From: Longimicrobiales bacterium
Lineage (GTDB): Bacteria; Gemmatimonadota; Gemmatimonadetes; Longimicrobiales; Gaopeijiaceae
DNA length: 64,000 nucleotides
Reading direction: 5' to 3'
NCBI GenBank assembly: GCA_965204735.1
Contig: OZ242008.1
Location: 1,440,001 to 1,504,000, forward strand
In this document: positions 8,662 through 20,600 of the stretch, piece after piece
How positions within the stretch are numbered: the stretch's first letter is position 1
How the letters are laid out: each line of letters begins with the position of its first letter
Made by a program: the position numbers and the translations under genes
The notes under the pieces: generated by a model
What the model saw: the letters and a program-made list of their open reading frames with translations, nothing else
What the model was told of the DNA's origin: nothing
The model's database searches: none

Positions 8662-11600
8662 GTGTCGATACTACTTCCCGGTCGTCGCGACCGGTGGGCG
8701 CTCGCTCGAACCCCGGGCCTTGTTGCAGCCCTTGCCGCTCTGCTGGTCGGGCCCGGGGGAGTCGCGGCGCAGGAGTCGTTGCCCACGTTGTCGATTTCGT
8801 CTCCAAGCGTGGCGGAGGGCGCGGCGGACTCGACGGCGGCGCTGACCTTCCAGGTGACGTTGAGCGCGGCGAGCAGCCGGTCGGTGACGGTCGCATACGG
8901 CGACGCCCGAACGGGGACGGCGACGGTGACGCGGGACTACGCCGCGTTCAGCACTGTGATCCTGAGGTTCGCCCCGGGCGACACGGTGAAGAACTTCGAC
9001 GTGACGGTGAAGGGGGACTCGCTGCACGAGCCGAGCGAGACGGTGGTCGCAACGCTGAGCTCGCCGACGAACGCCACGATTGCGACGGGCACGGGCACGG
9101 GAACGATCACGGACGACGACGCCGCGCCGACGGCAACGCTGATCCTGTCGCCTTCCACGGTCCGCGAGGGCGTGCTCTGGGCGACGGTGCGGGCGCAGCT
9201 CGATGGGCGGTCGGCAGCGGCAACGACGATCACGGTGTCGGCGGCGGCGGGTGCGAACGCGGACTCGACCGACTTCGAGTTGAGTTCGAACAGGACGTTG
9301 ACGATTGCGGCGGAACAGATTGCGAGCCGGGGAAACGTGAGGATCACTGCCCTCGACAACGGCGTGGACGAGCCGAACAAGCAGGTGACGGTGTCGGGCA
9401 CGGTGTCGAACAGCATCGGCGGCTTCTCGAACCCTGCGGACGCCACGTTGACGATTCAGGACGACGAGGCGACGCCGAAGGTGAAGCTGGTGCTGTCGCG
9501 TTCGACGATCGACGAGAGCGGCGCAGACAACTCGGCCGTGGTGACGGCGACGATGAGCCCGCCGTCGGTGCAGTCGACGACGATCACGGTGGCTGTGGCG
9601 GCGGGGGGCGGCACAGACTCGACCGACTTCACCGCAAGCGCGAACAAGACGTTGACGATTGCGGCGGGCGACACGACGAGCACGGGCGCGGTGACGGTGA
9701 CGGCGGTGGACAACGACGTGGACGAGCCGAACAAGGTGGTGAGGGTGTCGGCGACGGCGACGAACACGCAGGGAGTCACGAACCCGGACGCCGCGACGCT
9801 GACGATCGCGGACGACGACGCGGCTTCCACGCTGTCGATCTCGTCGCCCAGCGTGGCGGAAGGCGCGGCGGACTCGACGGCGACGCTGACGTTCCAGGTG
9901 AAGTTGAGCGCGCCGAGCGAGCACCGGGTGACGGTGAAGATCAGCGACGCCCGGACGGGCACGGCGACCCTGGCCCAGGACTACGAAGTGTTCTCCGACC
10001 GGATATTGACGTTCGCCGCGGGCGACACGCTTGCGAGCTTCGGCGTGACGGTGCGCGGCGACACGCTGGACGAGCCGAACGAGACGGTGGTGGCGCAGCT
10101 GAGCCAGGCGACGAACGCGACGATTGCGACGGGCACGGGGACGGGGACGATCACGGACGACGACGCGGCGCCGACGGTGACGTTGACGGTGGGGCGCGGG
10201 TCGATCTGGGAGGGCGCGCCGGGGATCACGTGGACGACGGTGCGGGCCGCGTTGAGCGCGGCGTCGAGCGCTGCGACGACGGTGACGGTGAGTGCGGCGG
10301 CGGGCATGAACGCGGACTCGACGGACTTCGCGTTGAGCGCAAACAAGACGCTGACGATCGCGGCGGGCCAGACGCGCAGCACGGAAGACGTGCGGATCAA
10401 CGCGGTGGACAACGCGGTGGACGATCCGAACCGGCAGGTGACGTTGTCGGGGACGGTGTCGAACAGCATCGGGGGCTACTCGAACCCGGCTGACGTGACG
10501 GTGACGATCCAGGACGACGAGGCGACGCCGAAGGTGAAGCTGGTGTTGTCGCGTTCGACGGTCGCCGAGAGCGGCGCGAGCAACTCGACGACGGTGACGG
10601 CGACGATGAGCCCGGCGTCGGTGCAGGAGACGACGATCACGGTGGCCGTGGCGGCGGGCGCGGACGCGGACTCGACCGACTTCACGGTGAGCGCAAACAA
10701 GACGTTGACGATTGCGGCGGGCGACACGGTGAGCACGGGCGTGGTGAGCGTGACGGCGGTGGACAACGACCTGAACGAGCCGAACAAGAGCTTGACGGTG
10801 ACGGCGACGGCAACGAACACGCAGGGCGCAACGAACCCGGACGCCGTGGCCTTGACGATTGCGGACGACGACGGCCAGCCGTCGCTGTCGATCTCGTCGC
10901 CCAGCGTGGCGGAAGGCGCGGCGGGCACGACGGTGGCGTTGACGTTCCAGGTGAAGTTGAGCGCACCGAGCGGCCAGCGTGTGACGGTGAAGGTCGCCGA
11001 CGCGCGGACGGGGACGGCGACGCACTCGGCCGACTACTCGATCTTCTCGGACGCGGTGTTGAGCTTCGCTGCGGGCGACACGCTGAAGAGCTTCGACGTG
11101 ACGGTGGTGGGGGACGATCTGGACGAGCCGAACGAGACGGTGGTGGCGCAGTTGAGTCAGGCGACGAACGCGACGATTGCGACGGGCACGGGGACGGGGA
11201 CGATCACGGACGACGACGCGGCGCCGATGGTGACGTTGACGGTGGGGCGCGGGTCGATCTGGGAGGGCGCGCCGGGGATCACGTGGACGACGGTGCGGGC
11301 CGCGTTGAGCGCGGCGACGAGCGTTGCGACGACGGTGACGGTGAGTGCGGCGGCGGGCATGAACGCGGACTCGACGGACTTCGCGTTGAGCGCGAACAAG
11401 ACGCTGACGATCGCGGCGGGCCAGACGGCGAGCACGGAGGACGTGCGGATCAACGCGGTGGACAACGCGGTGGACGATCCGAACCGGCAGGTGACGTTGT
11501 CGGGCACGGTGTCGAACAGCATCGGGGGCTACTCGAACCCGGCGGACGTGACGGTGACGATCCAGGACGACGAGGCGACGCCGAAGGTGAAGCTGGTGTT

Positions 11601-14600
11601 GTCGCGTTCGACGATCGACGAGAGCGGCGCGAACAACTCGACGACGGTGACGGCGACGATGAGCCCGCCGTCGGTGCAGTCGACGACGGTGACGGTGTCT
11701 GTGGCTGCGGGCGCGGACGCGGACTCGACCGACTTCACGGTGAGCGCGAACAAGACGCTGACGATTGCGGCGGGCGACACGACGAGCACGGGCGCGGTGA
11801 CGGTGACGGCTGTCGACAACGACCTGAACGAGCCGAACAAGGCCTTGACGGTGTCGGCGACGGCGGCGAACACGCAGGGCGCAACGAACCCGGACGCCGT
11901 GGCCTTGACGATCGCGGACGACGACGGCCAGCCGTCGCTGTCGATCTCGTCGCCCAGCGTGGCGGAGGGCGCGGCGGACTCGACGGCGACGCTGACGTTC
12001 CAGGTGAGGCTGAGCGCGCCGAGCGGGCAGCGTGTGACGGTGAAGATCGCCGACGCGCAGACGGGGACGGCGACGCGTGCGGCGGACTACTCGATCTTCT
12101 CGGACGCGGTGTTGAGGTTCGTTGCGGGGGACACGCTGAAGAGCTTCGACGTGACGGTGCGCGGGGACGATCTGGACGAGCCGAACGAGACGGTGGTGGC
12201 GCAGTTGAGCCAGGCGACGAACGCGACGATTGCGACGGGTACGGGGACGGGTACGATCACGGACGACGACGCGGCGCCGACGGTGACGTTGACGTTGGGC
12301 CGCGGGTCGATTTGGGAGGGCGCGCCGGGGATCACGTGGACGACGGTGCGGGCCGCGTTGAGCGCGGCGTCGAGCGCTGCGACGACGGTGACGGTGAGTG
12401 CGGCGGCGGGCATGAACGCGGACTCGACGGACTTCGCGTTGAGCGCGAACAAGACGCTGACGATCGCGGCGGGCCAGACGGCGAGCACGGAGGACGTGCG
12501 GATCAACGCGGTGGACAACGCGGTGGACGATCCGAACCGGCAGGTGACGTTGTCGGGCACGGTGTCGAACAGCATCGGGGGCTACTCGAACCCGGCGGAC
12601 GTGACGGTGACGATCCAGGACGACGAGGCGACGCCGAAGGTGAAGCTGGTGTTGTCGCGCTCGACGGTCGCCGAGAGCGGCGCGACCAACTCGACGACGG
12701 TGACGGCGACGATGAGCCCGGCGTCGGTGCAGTCGACGACGATCACGGTCGCCGTGGCGGCGGGCGCGGACACGGACTCGAGCGACTTCACGGTGAGCGC
12801 GAACAAGACGCTGACGATTGCGGCGGGCGACACGACGAGCACGGGCGTGGTGAGCGTGACGGCGGTGGACAACGACCTGAACGAGCCGAACAAGGCCTTG
12901 ACGGTGTCGGCGACGGCGACGAACACGCAGGGCGCGACGAACCCGGACGCCTTGACGCTGACGATTGCGGACGACGACGGCCAGCCGTCGCTGTCGATCT
13001 CGTCGCCCAGCGTGGCGGAGGGCGCGGCGGACTCGACGGCGACGCTGACGTTCCAGGTGAGGTTGAGCGCGCCGAGCGGCCAGCGTGTGACGGTGAAGGT
13101 CGCCGACGCGCGGACGGGGACGGCGACGCACTCGGCCGACTACTCGATCTTCTCGGACGCGGTGTTGAGGTTCGTTGCGGGCGACACGCTGAAGAGCTTC
13201 GACGTGACGGTGCGCGGCGACGATCTGGACGAGCCGAACGAGACGGTGGTGGCGCAGTTGAGCCAAGCGACGAACGCGACGATTGCGACGGGCACGGGTA
13301 CGGGTACGATCACGGACGACGATGCGGCGCCGACGGTGACGTTGACGGTGGGGCGCGGGTCGATCTGGGAGGGCGCGCCGGGGATCACGTGGACGACGGT
13401 GCGGGCCGGGTTGAGCGCTGCGACGAGCGCTGCGACGACGGTGACGGTGAGCGCGGCGGCGGGCATGAACGCGGACTCGACGGACTTCGCGTTGAGCGCA
13501 AACAAGACGCTGACGATCGCGGCTGGCCAGACGCGCAGCACCGAAGACGTGCGGATCAACGCGGTGGACAACGCGGTGGACGATCCGAACCGGCAGGTGA
13601 CGTTGTCGGGCACGGTGTCGAACAGCATCGGGGGGTACTCGAACCCGGCGGACGTGACGGTGACGATCCAGGACGACGAGGCGACGCCGAAGGTGAAGCT
13701 GGTGTTGTCGCGTTCGACGATCGACGAGAGCGGCGCGACCAACTCAGCAACGGTGACGGCGACGATGAGTCCGCCGTCGGTGCAGTCGACGACGATCACG
13801 GTGGCCGTGGCGGCAGGCGCGGACGCGGACTCGAGCGACTTCACGGTGAGCGCGAACAAGACGCTGACGATTGCGGCGGGCGACACGACGAGCACGGGCG
13901 TGGTGAGCGTGACGGCGGTGGACAACGACCTGAACGAGCCGAACAAGAGCTTGACGGTGACGGCGACGGCGACGAACACGCAGGGAGTCACGAACCCCGA
14001 CAACCTGACGCTCACCATCGCGGACGACGACAGCCAGCCGTCGCTGTCGATCTCGTCGCCCAGCGTGGCGGAGGGCGCGGCGGACTCGACGGCGACGCTG
14101 ACGTTCCGGGTAAGGCTGAGCGCGCCGAGCGGCCAGCGCGTGACGGTGAAGGTCGCCGACGCGCGGACGGGGACGGCGACGCACTCGGCCGACTACTCGA
14201 TCTTCTCGGACGCGGTGTTGAGCTTCGCTGCGGGCGACACGCTGAAGAGCTTCGACGTGACGGTGGTGGGCGACGATCTGGACGAGCCGAACGAGACGGT
14301 GGTGGCGCAGTTGAGCCAGGCGACGAACGCGACGATCGCGACCGCAACAGGGACGGGGACGATCACGGACGACGACGCGGCGCCGACGGTGACGTTGACG
14401 GTGGGGCGCGGGTCGATCTGGGAGGGCGCGCCGGGGATCACGTGGACGACGGTGCGGGCCGGGTTGAGCGCGGTGTCGAGCGCTGCGACGACGGTGACGG
14501 TGAGCGCGGCGGCGGGCATGAACGCGGACTCGACCGACTTCGCGTTGAGCGCGAACAAGACGCTGACGATTGCGGCGGGCCAGACGGCGAGCACGGAGGA

Positions 14601-17600
14601 TGTGCGGATCAACGCGGTGGACAACGCGGTGGACGATCCGAACCGGCAGGTGACGTTGTCGGGCACGGTGTCGAACAGCATCGGGGGCTACTCGAACCCG
14701 GCGGACGTGACGGTGACGATCCAGGACGACGAGGCGACGCCGAAGGTGAAGCTGGTGCTGTCGCGTTCGACGGTCGCCGAGAGCGGCGCGACCAACTCGG
14801 CAACCGTGACGGCGACGATGAGTCCGCCGTCGGTGCAGTCGACGACGGTGACGGTGGCCGTGGCGGCGGGCGCGGACACGGACTCGAGCGACTTCACGGT
14901 GAGCGCGAACAAGACGCTGACGATTGCGGCGGGCGACACGACGAGCACGGGCGTGGTGAGCGTGACGGCGGTGGACAACGACCTGAACGAGCCGAACAAG
15001 GCCTTGACGGTATCGGCGACGGCAACGAACACGCAGGGAGTCACGAACCCCGACAACCTGACGCTCACCATCGCGGACGACGACGGCCAGCCGTCGCTGT
15101 CGATCTCGTCGCCCAGCGTGGCGGAAGGCGCGGCGGACTCGACGGCGACGCTGACGTTCCAGGTGAGGCTGAGTGCGCCGAGCGGGCAGCGTGTGACGGT
15201 GAAGATCGCCGACGCGCAGACGGGGACGGCGACGCGTGCGGCGGACTACTCGATCTTCTCGGACGCGGTGTTGAGGTTCGCTGCGGGCGACACGCTGAAG
15301 AGCTTCGACGTGACGGTGCGCGGGGACGACCTGGACGAGCCGAACGAGACGGTAGTGGCGCAGTTGAGCCAGGCGACGAACGCGACGATTGCGACGGGCA
15401 CGGGGACGGGGACGATCACGGACGACGACGCGGCGCCGACGGTGACGTTGACGGTGGGGCGCGGGTCGATCTGGGAGGGGGCGCCGGGGATCACGTGGAC
15501 GACGGTGCGGGCCGCGTTGAGCGCGGTGTCGAGCGCTGCGACGACGGTGACGGTGAGCGCCGCGGCGGGAACGAACGCGGACTCGACGGACTTCGCGTTG
15601 AGCGCGAACAAGACGCTGACGATTGCGGCGGGCCAGACGGCGAGCACCGAAGACGTGCGGATCAACGCGGTGGACAACGCGGTGGACGATCCGAACCGGC
15701 AGGTGACGTTGTCGGGGACGGTGTCGAACAGCATCGGGGGCTACTCGAACCCGGCAGACGTGACGGTGACGATTCAGGACGACGAGGCGACGCCGAAGGT
15801 GAAGCTGGTGCTGTCGCGTTCGACGATCGACGAGAGCGGTGCAAACAACTCGACGACGGTGACGGCGACGATGAGCCCGCCGTCGGTGCAGTCGACGACG
15901 ATCACGGTGGCCGTGGCGGCGGGCGCGGACGCGGACTCGGCCGACTTCACGGTGAGCGCGAACAAGACGTTGACGATTGCGGCGGGCGACACGACGAGCA
16001 CGGGCGTGGTGAGCGTGACGGCGGTGGACAACGACCTGAACGAGCCGAACAAGGCCTTGACGGTATCGGCGACGGCAACGAACACGCAGGGAGTCACGAA
16101 CCCCGACAACCTGACGCTCACCATCGCGGACGACGACGGCCAGCCGTCGCTGTCGATCTCGTCGCCCAGCGTGGCGGAGGGCGCGGCGGACTCGACGGCG
16201 ACGCTGACGTTCCAGGTGAGGCTGAGCGCGCCGAGCGGCCAGCGCGTGACGGTGAAGATCGCCGACGCGCGGACGGGGACGGCGACGCACTCGGCCGACT
16301 ACTCGATCTTCTCGGACGCGGTGTTGAGGTTCGTTGCGGGCGACACGCTGAAGAGCTTTGACGTGACGGTGCGCGGGGACGATCTGGACGAGCCGAACGA
16401 GACGGTGGTGGCGCAGCTGAGCCAGGCGACGAACGCGACGATCGCGACCGCAACAGGGACGGGGACGATCACGGACGACGACGCGGCGCCGACGGTGACG
16501 TTGACGGTGGGCCGCTCAACGATCCGGGAGGGCGGGACCGGCTTTACGTACACGACCGTGCGGGCCGACCTGAGCGAGAGGTCGGGCGCTGCGACGACGG
16601 TGACGGTGAGCGCAGCCCCCGGCACGAACGCCGACTCGACCGACTTCACGGTGAGCGCGAACAAGACGCTGACGATCGCGGCGGGGGACACGGCGAGCAC
16701 GGGCACGGTGGAACTGCGGGCCGTAAATGACGCGGTGGACGGTCCGGACAAGCAGGTGACGGTGTCGGGCACGGTGTCGAACAGCATCGGGGGGTACTCG
16801 AACCCGGCGGACGTGACGGTGACGATCCAGGACGACGAGGCGACGCCGAAGGTGCAGCTGGTGTTGTCGCGCACAAGCATCGGCGAGAGCGGCGCGAGCA
16901 ACTCGGCCGTGGTGACGGCGACGATGAGCCCGCCGTCGGTGCAGTCGACGACGATCACGGTCGCCGTGGCGGCCGGGGCGGGCGCCGACTCGGCCGACTT
17001 CACACTGAGCGCGAACAAGACGCTGACGATTGCGGCGGGCGACACGACGAGCACGGGCGTGGTGAGCGTGACGGCGGTGGACAACGACCTGGACGAGCCG
17101 AACAAGGCCTTGACGGTGTCGGCGACGGCAACGAACACGCAGGGCGCGACGAACCCCGACGCCGTGACGCTGACCATTGCGGACGACGACGGCCAGCCGT
17201 CGCTGTTGATCTCGTCGCCCAGCGTGGCGGAGGGCGCGGCGGACTCGACGGCGACGCTGACGTTCCGGGTGAGGCTGAGCGCGCCGAGCGGCCAGCGCGT
17301 GACGGTGAGGATCGCCGATGCGCGGACTGGGACGGCGACCTTCTCCACGGACTACGCGACCTTCAGCGATGCGACCCTGAGCTTCGCGGCGGGCGACACG
17401 GTGACGACCTTTGACGTGACGGTGAACGGGGACGATCTGGACGAGCCGAACGAGACGGTGGTGGCGCAGTTGAGCCAGGCGACGAACGCGACGATCGCAA
17501 CGGGCACGGGGACGGGCACGATCACGGACGACGATGCGGCTCCCACGGTGATGCTGTCGTTGGGACGCTCGACGATCCGGGAGGGCGGGATCGGCTTTAC

Positions 17601-20600
17601 GTACACGACCGTGCGGGCCGACCTGAGCGAGAGGTCGGGCGCGGCGACGACGGTGACCGTGAGCGCAGCCCCCGGCACAAACGCGGACTCGACCGACTTC
17701 ACGCTGAGCGCGAACAAGACGCTGACGATCGCTGCGGGCCAGACGGCGAGCACAGAGGACGTGCGGATCAACGCGGTGGACAATGCGTTGGACGGTCCGA
17801 ACAAGCAGGTGACGGTTTCGGGTGCGGTGTCGAACAGCATCGGGGGCTACTCGAACCCGGCGGACGTGACGGTGACGATCCAGGACGACGAGGCGACGCC
17901 GAAGGTGAAGCTGGTGTTGTCGCGCACAAGCATCGCCGAGAGCGGCGCGAGCAACTCGGCCGTGGTGACGGCAACGATGAGCCCGCCGTCGGTGCAGGAG
18001 ACGACGATCACGGTCGCCGTGGCGGCCGGCGCGGACGCCGACTCGGCCGACTTCACGGTGAGCGCGAACAAGACGCTGACGATCGCGGCGGGCGACACGA
18101 CGAGCACGGGTGCGGTGACGGTGACGGCGGTGGACAACAACCTGGACGAGCCGAACAAGGCCTTGACTGTGTCGGCGACGGCAACGAACACGCAGGGCGT
18201 CACGAACCCTGACAACCTGACGCTCACCATCGTAGACGACGACGGAACCAGCTCGTCGACGCTCATCGCCCGCTCCACCAGAGTGGCCGAGGGCGGGTCG
18301 GGTGCCACGGCCGTCCTGCGCTTCATGGTACGGCTTGTCCCGGCCTCGACCGCCCGCGTTACCGTGAACTACGCCGATGCGGGCTCGGGCACGGCCACGC
18401 CCGGCGCCGACTACGAGGCCCTTGCGGGCGGCACGTTGACGTTCGAGGCGGGCGACACGCTCGCGACCATCAACGTGACGGTCGTCGGCGACGAAGTGCA
18501 GGAAGGAGACGAGACGGTCGTGCTGACCCTGAGCGGCGCGACCAACGCGCAGCTGGCCGCTCCCACGATCACGGGCACGATCGTGGACGACGACGCGCTC
18601 CCGCCGCCGTCGCTGCATGTCGACTCGCCCAAGATGCAGGAGGGCGACGACGGGTTCGCGACGATGCCGTACACGGTCACGCTTCTTCCGGCGAGCGCGG
18701 AAGAGGTGAGGGTGGACTACGCCGACGCCCGCGCAGGCACGGCGACCTCTGGCACCGACTACACATTGCAGCCCGGCACGCTGGTCTTCCAACCGGGCGA
18801 CACGGTCCGCACGATCCCAGTGCAGGTCGCCGGCGACAACGCGAAGGAGCCCGACGAGACCGTCGTGGTCGTCTTGAGCAACGCCCGCGGAGCGCTCCTC
18901 ACGACGGTCGAGGCGACCGGCACGATCCTGGACGACGAAGTCACGTTCATCGCCGTGGACGCGCCCTCGGCGGAAGAGGGGGACGCGCGCCACGGAAGCA
19001 ACGACGACGCACCCGCCACCCTCGTGTTCACGGTCTCGCTGGCGCCGGCCGGCTATCAAGAGGTCTCGGTCGCCTACGCCGATGCAGGCACGGGCACCGC
19101 CACCCCGGGCGTCGACTACGAGGCGCCCAGCCCGGACACGCTGTCATTCGCCCCCGGGGAAACGCGCAAGACGGTGGAAGTGACGTTGATCGGCGACGAC
19201 CTCGACGAGTCCGACGAGACCGTGGTGCTGCAGCTGAGCCGGCCCACGAACGCCGAGATCGAAGGGAACGGCAGAGGCACGGGAACGATTGTGGACGACG
19301 ACGGTGCGCCGACCCTCTCCATCGACTCGCCCACGGTCGAGGAAGGCGGACCGGGCGAGACGGCCGCCCTGCGGTTCGCCGTGCGCCTGAACGCACCCAC
19401 GACCAAGCAGGTCGCGGTGGACTACGCCGACGCGGGCACGGGCACGGCCACGCCCGACGCCGACTACCAAGCGGTGGCGCCCGGCACGCTGGTCTTCGCC
19501 CCCGGGGACACCGTCAAGGCCGTGGAAGCGACCGTTCACGGCGACGCCCTGGACGAGCCCGCCGAAACGATCCTGCTGGCGCTGACCAACCCCGTCCACG
19601 CCGAACTCGCCGAGGACGGCGCCACCGGCGTCGCCACGATCGCGGACGACGACGCCGCCCCCTTCCTCTCCATCGACTCGCCCACGGTCCAGGAAGGCGG
19701 TCCCGGCGAGTCGGCCGTCGTCTCGTTCACCGTCTCGCTCGGCGCGCCCTCGGCCAAGCGCGTCAAGGTGGACTACGCCGACGCGGGCACGGGCACGGCC
19801 ACGCCCGACGCCGACTACCAAGCGGTGGCGCCCGGCACGCTGGTCTTCGCCCCCGGGGACACCGTCAAGGCCGTGGGAGCGACCGTTCACGGCGACGCCC
19901 TGGACGAGCCCGCCGAAACGATCGTGCTGGCGCTGACCAACCCCGTCCACGCCGAACTCGCCGAGGACGGCGCTACCGGCGTCGCCACGATCGCGGACGA
20001 CGACGATGCCCCGTCCCTCTCCGTCGACTCGCCCACGGTCGTGGAGGGGGACGACGGCCGCCGGCCCCTGACCTTTTCCTTCACGCTGGACCGCCCCAGC
20101 GGCCGGCGCGTGGTCATGGAGTACGCCGACGCGGGCACGGGCACCGCGACGCCGGGCGCAGACTACGAGGAAGTCCCGCCGGGCGCCCTCTCCTTCGAGC
20201 CGGGCGAGACCCTGAAGACCATCGATGTGATGGTGCTCGGAGACGCGCGCCACGAACCCGACGAGACGGTGGTTCTTCGGCTCTCCACGCCCGACCCGGC
20301 GGTTGCGAACCTGACGACGGAGGAGGGCGTCGGCGCCATCGGGAACGACGACGCGAACCTGATCCCCACCTTCGGCGACGCCCTGGTCCCGCCCCAGCGC
20401 TGGATGGAGGGCCGCGGGATCGATCCCCTGCGGCTGCCGCCGGCCCAAGGGGGCGACGGACCCCTGTCGTACGCCCTGGCCCCCGCCTTGCCTCCGGGGC
20501 TGGTCTTCGATCCCGAGAGCCGCACCGTCGCCGGCACGCCCGGCGCAGGGCAGCCCGTCACCGCCTACCGCTACGCCGCCACCGACCAAGACGGCGACTC

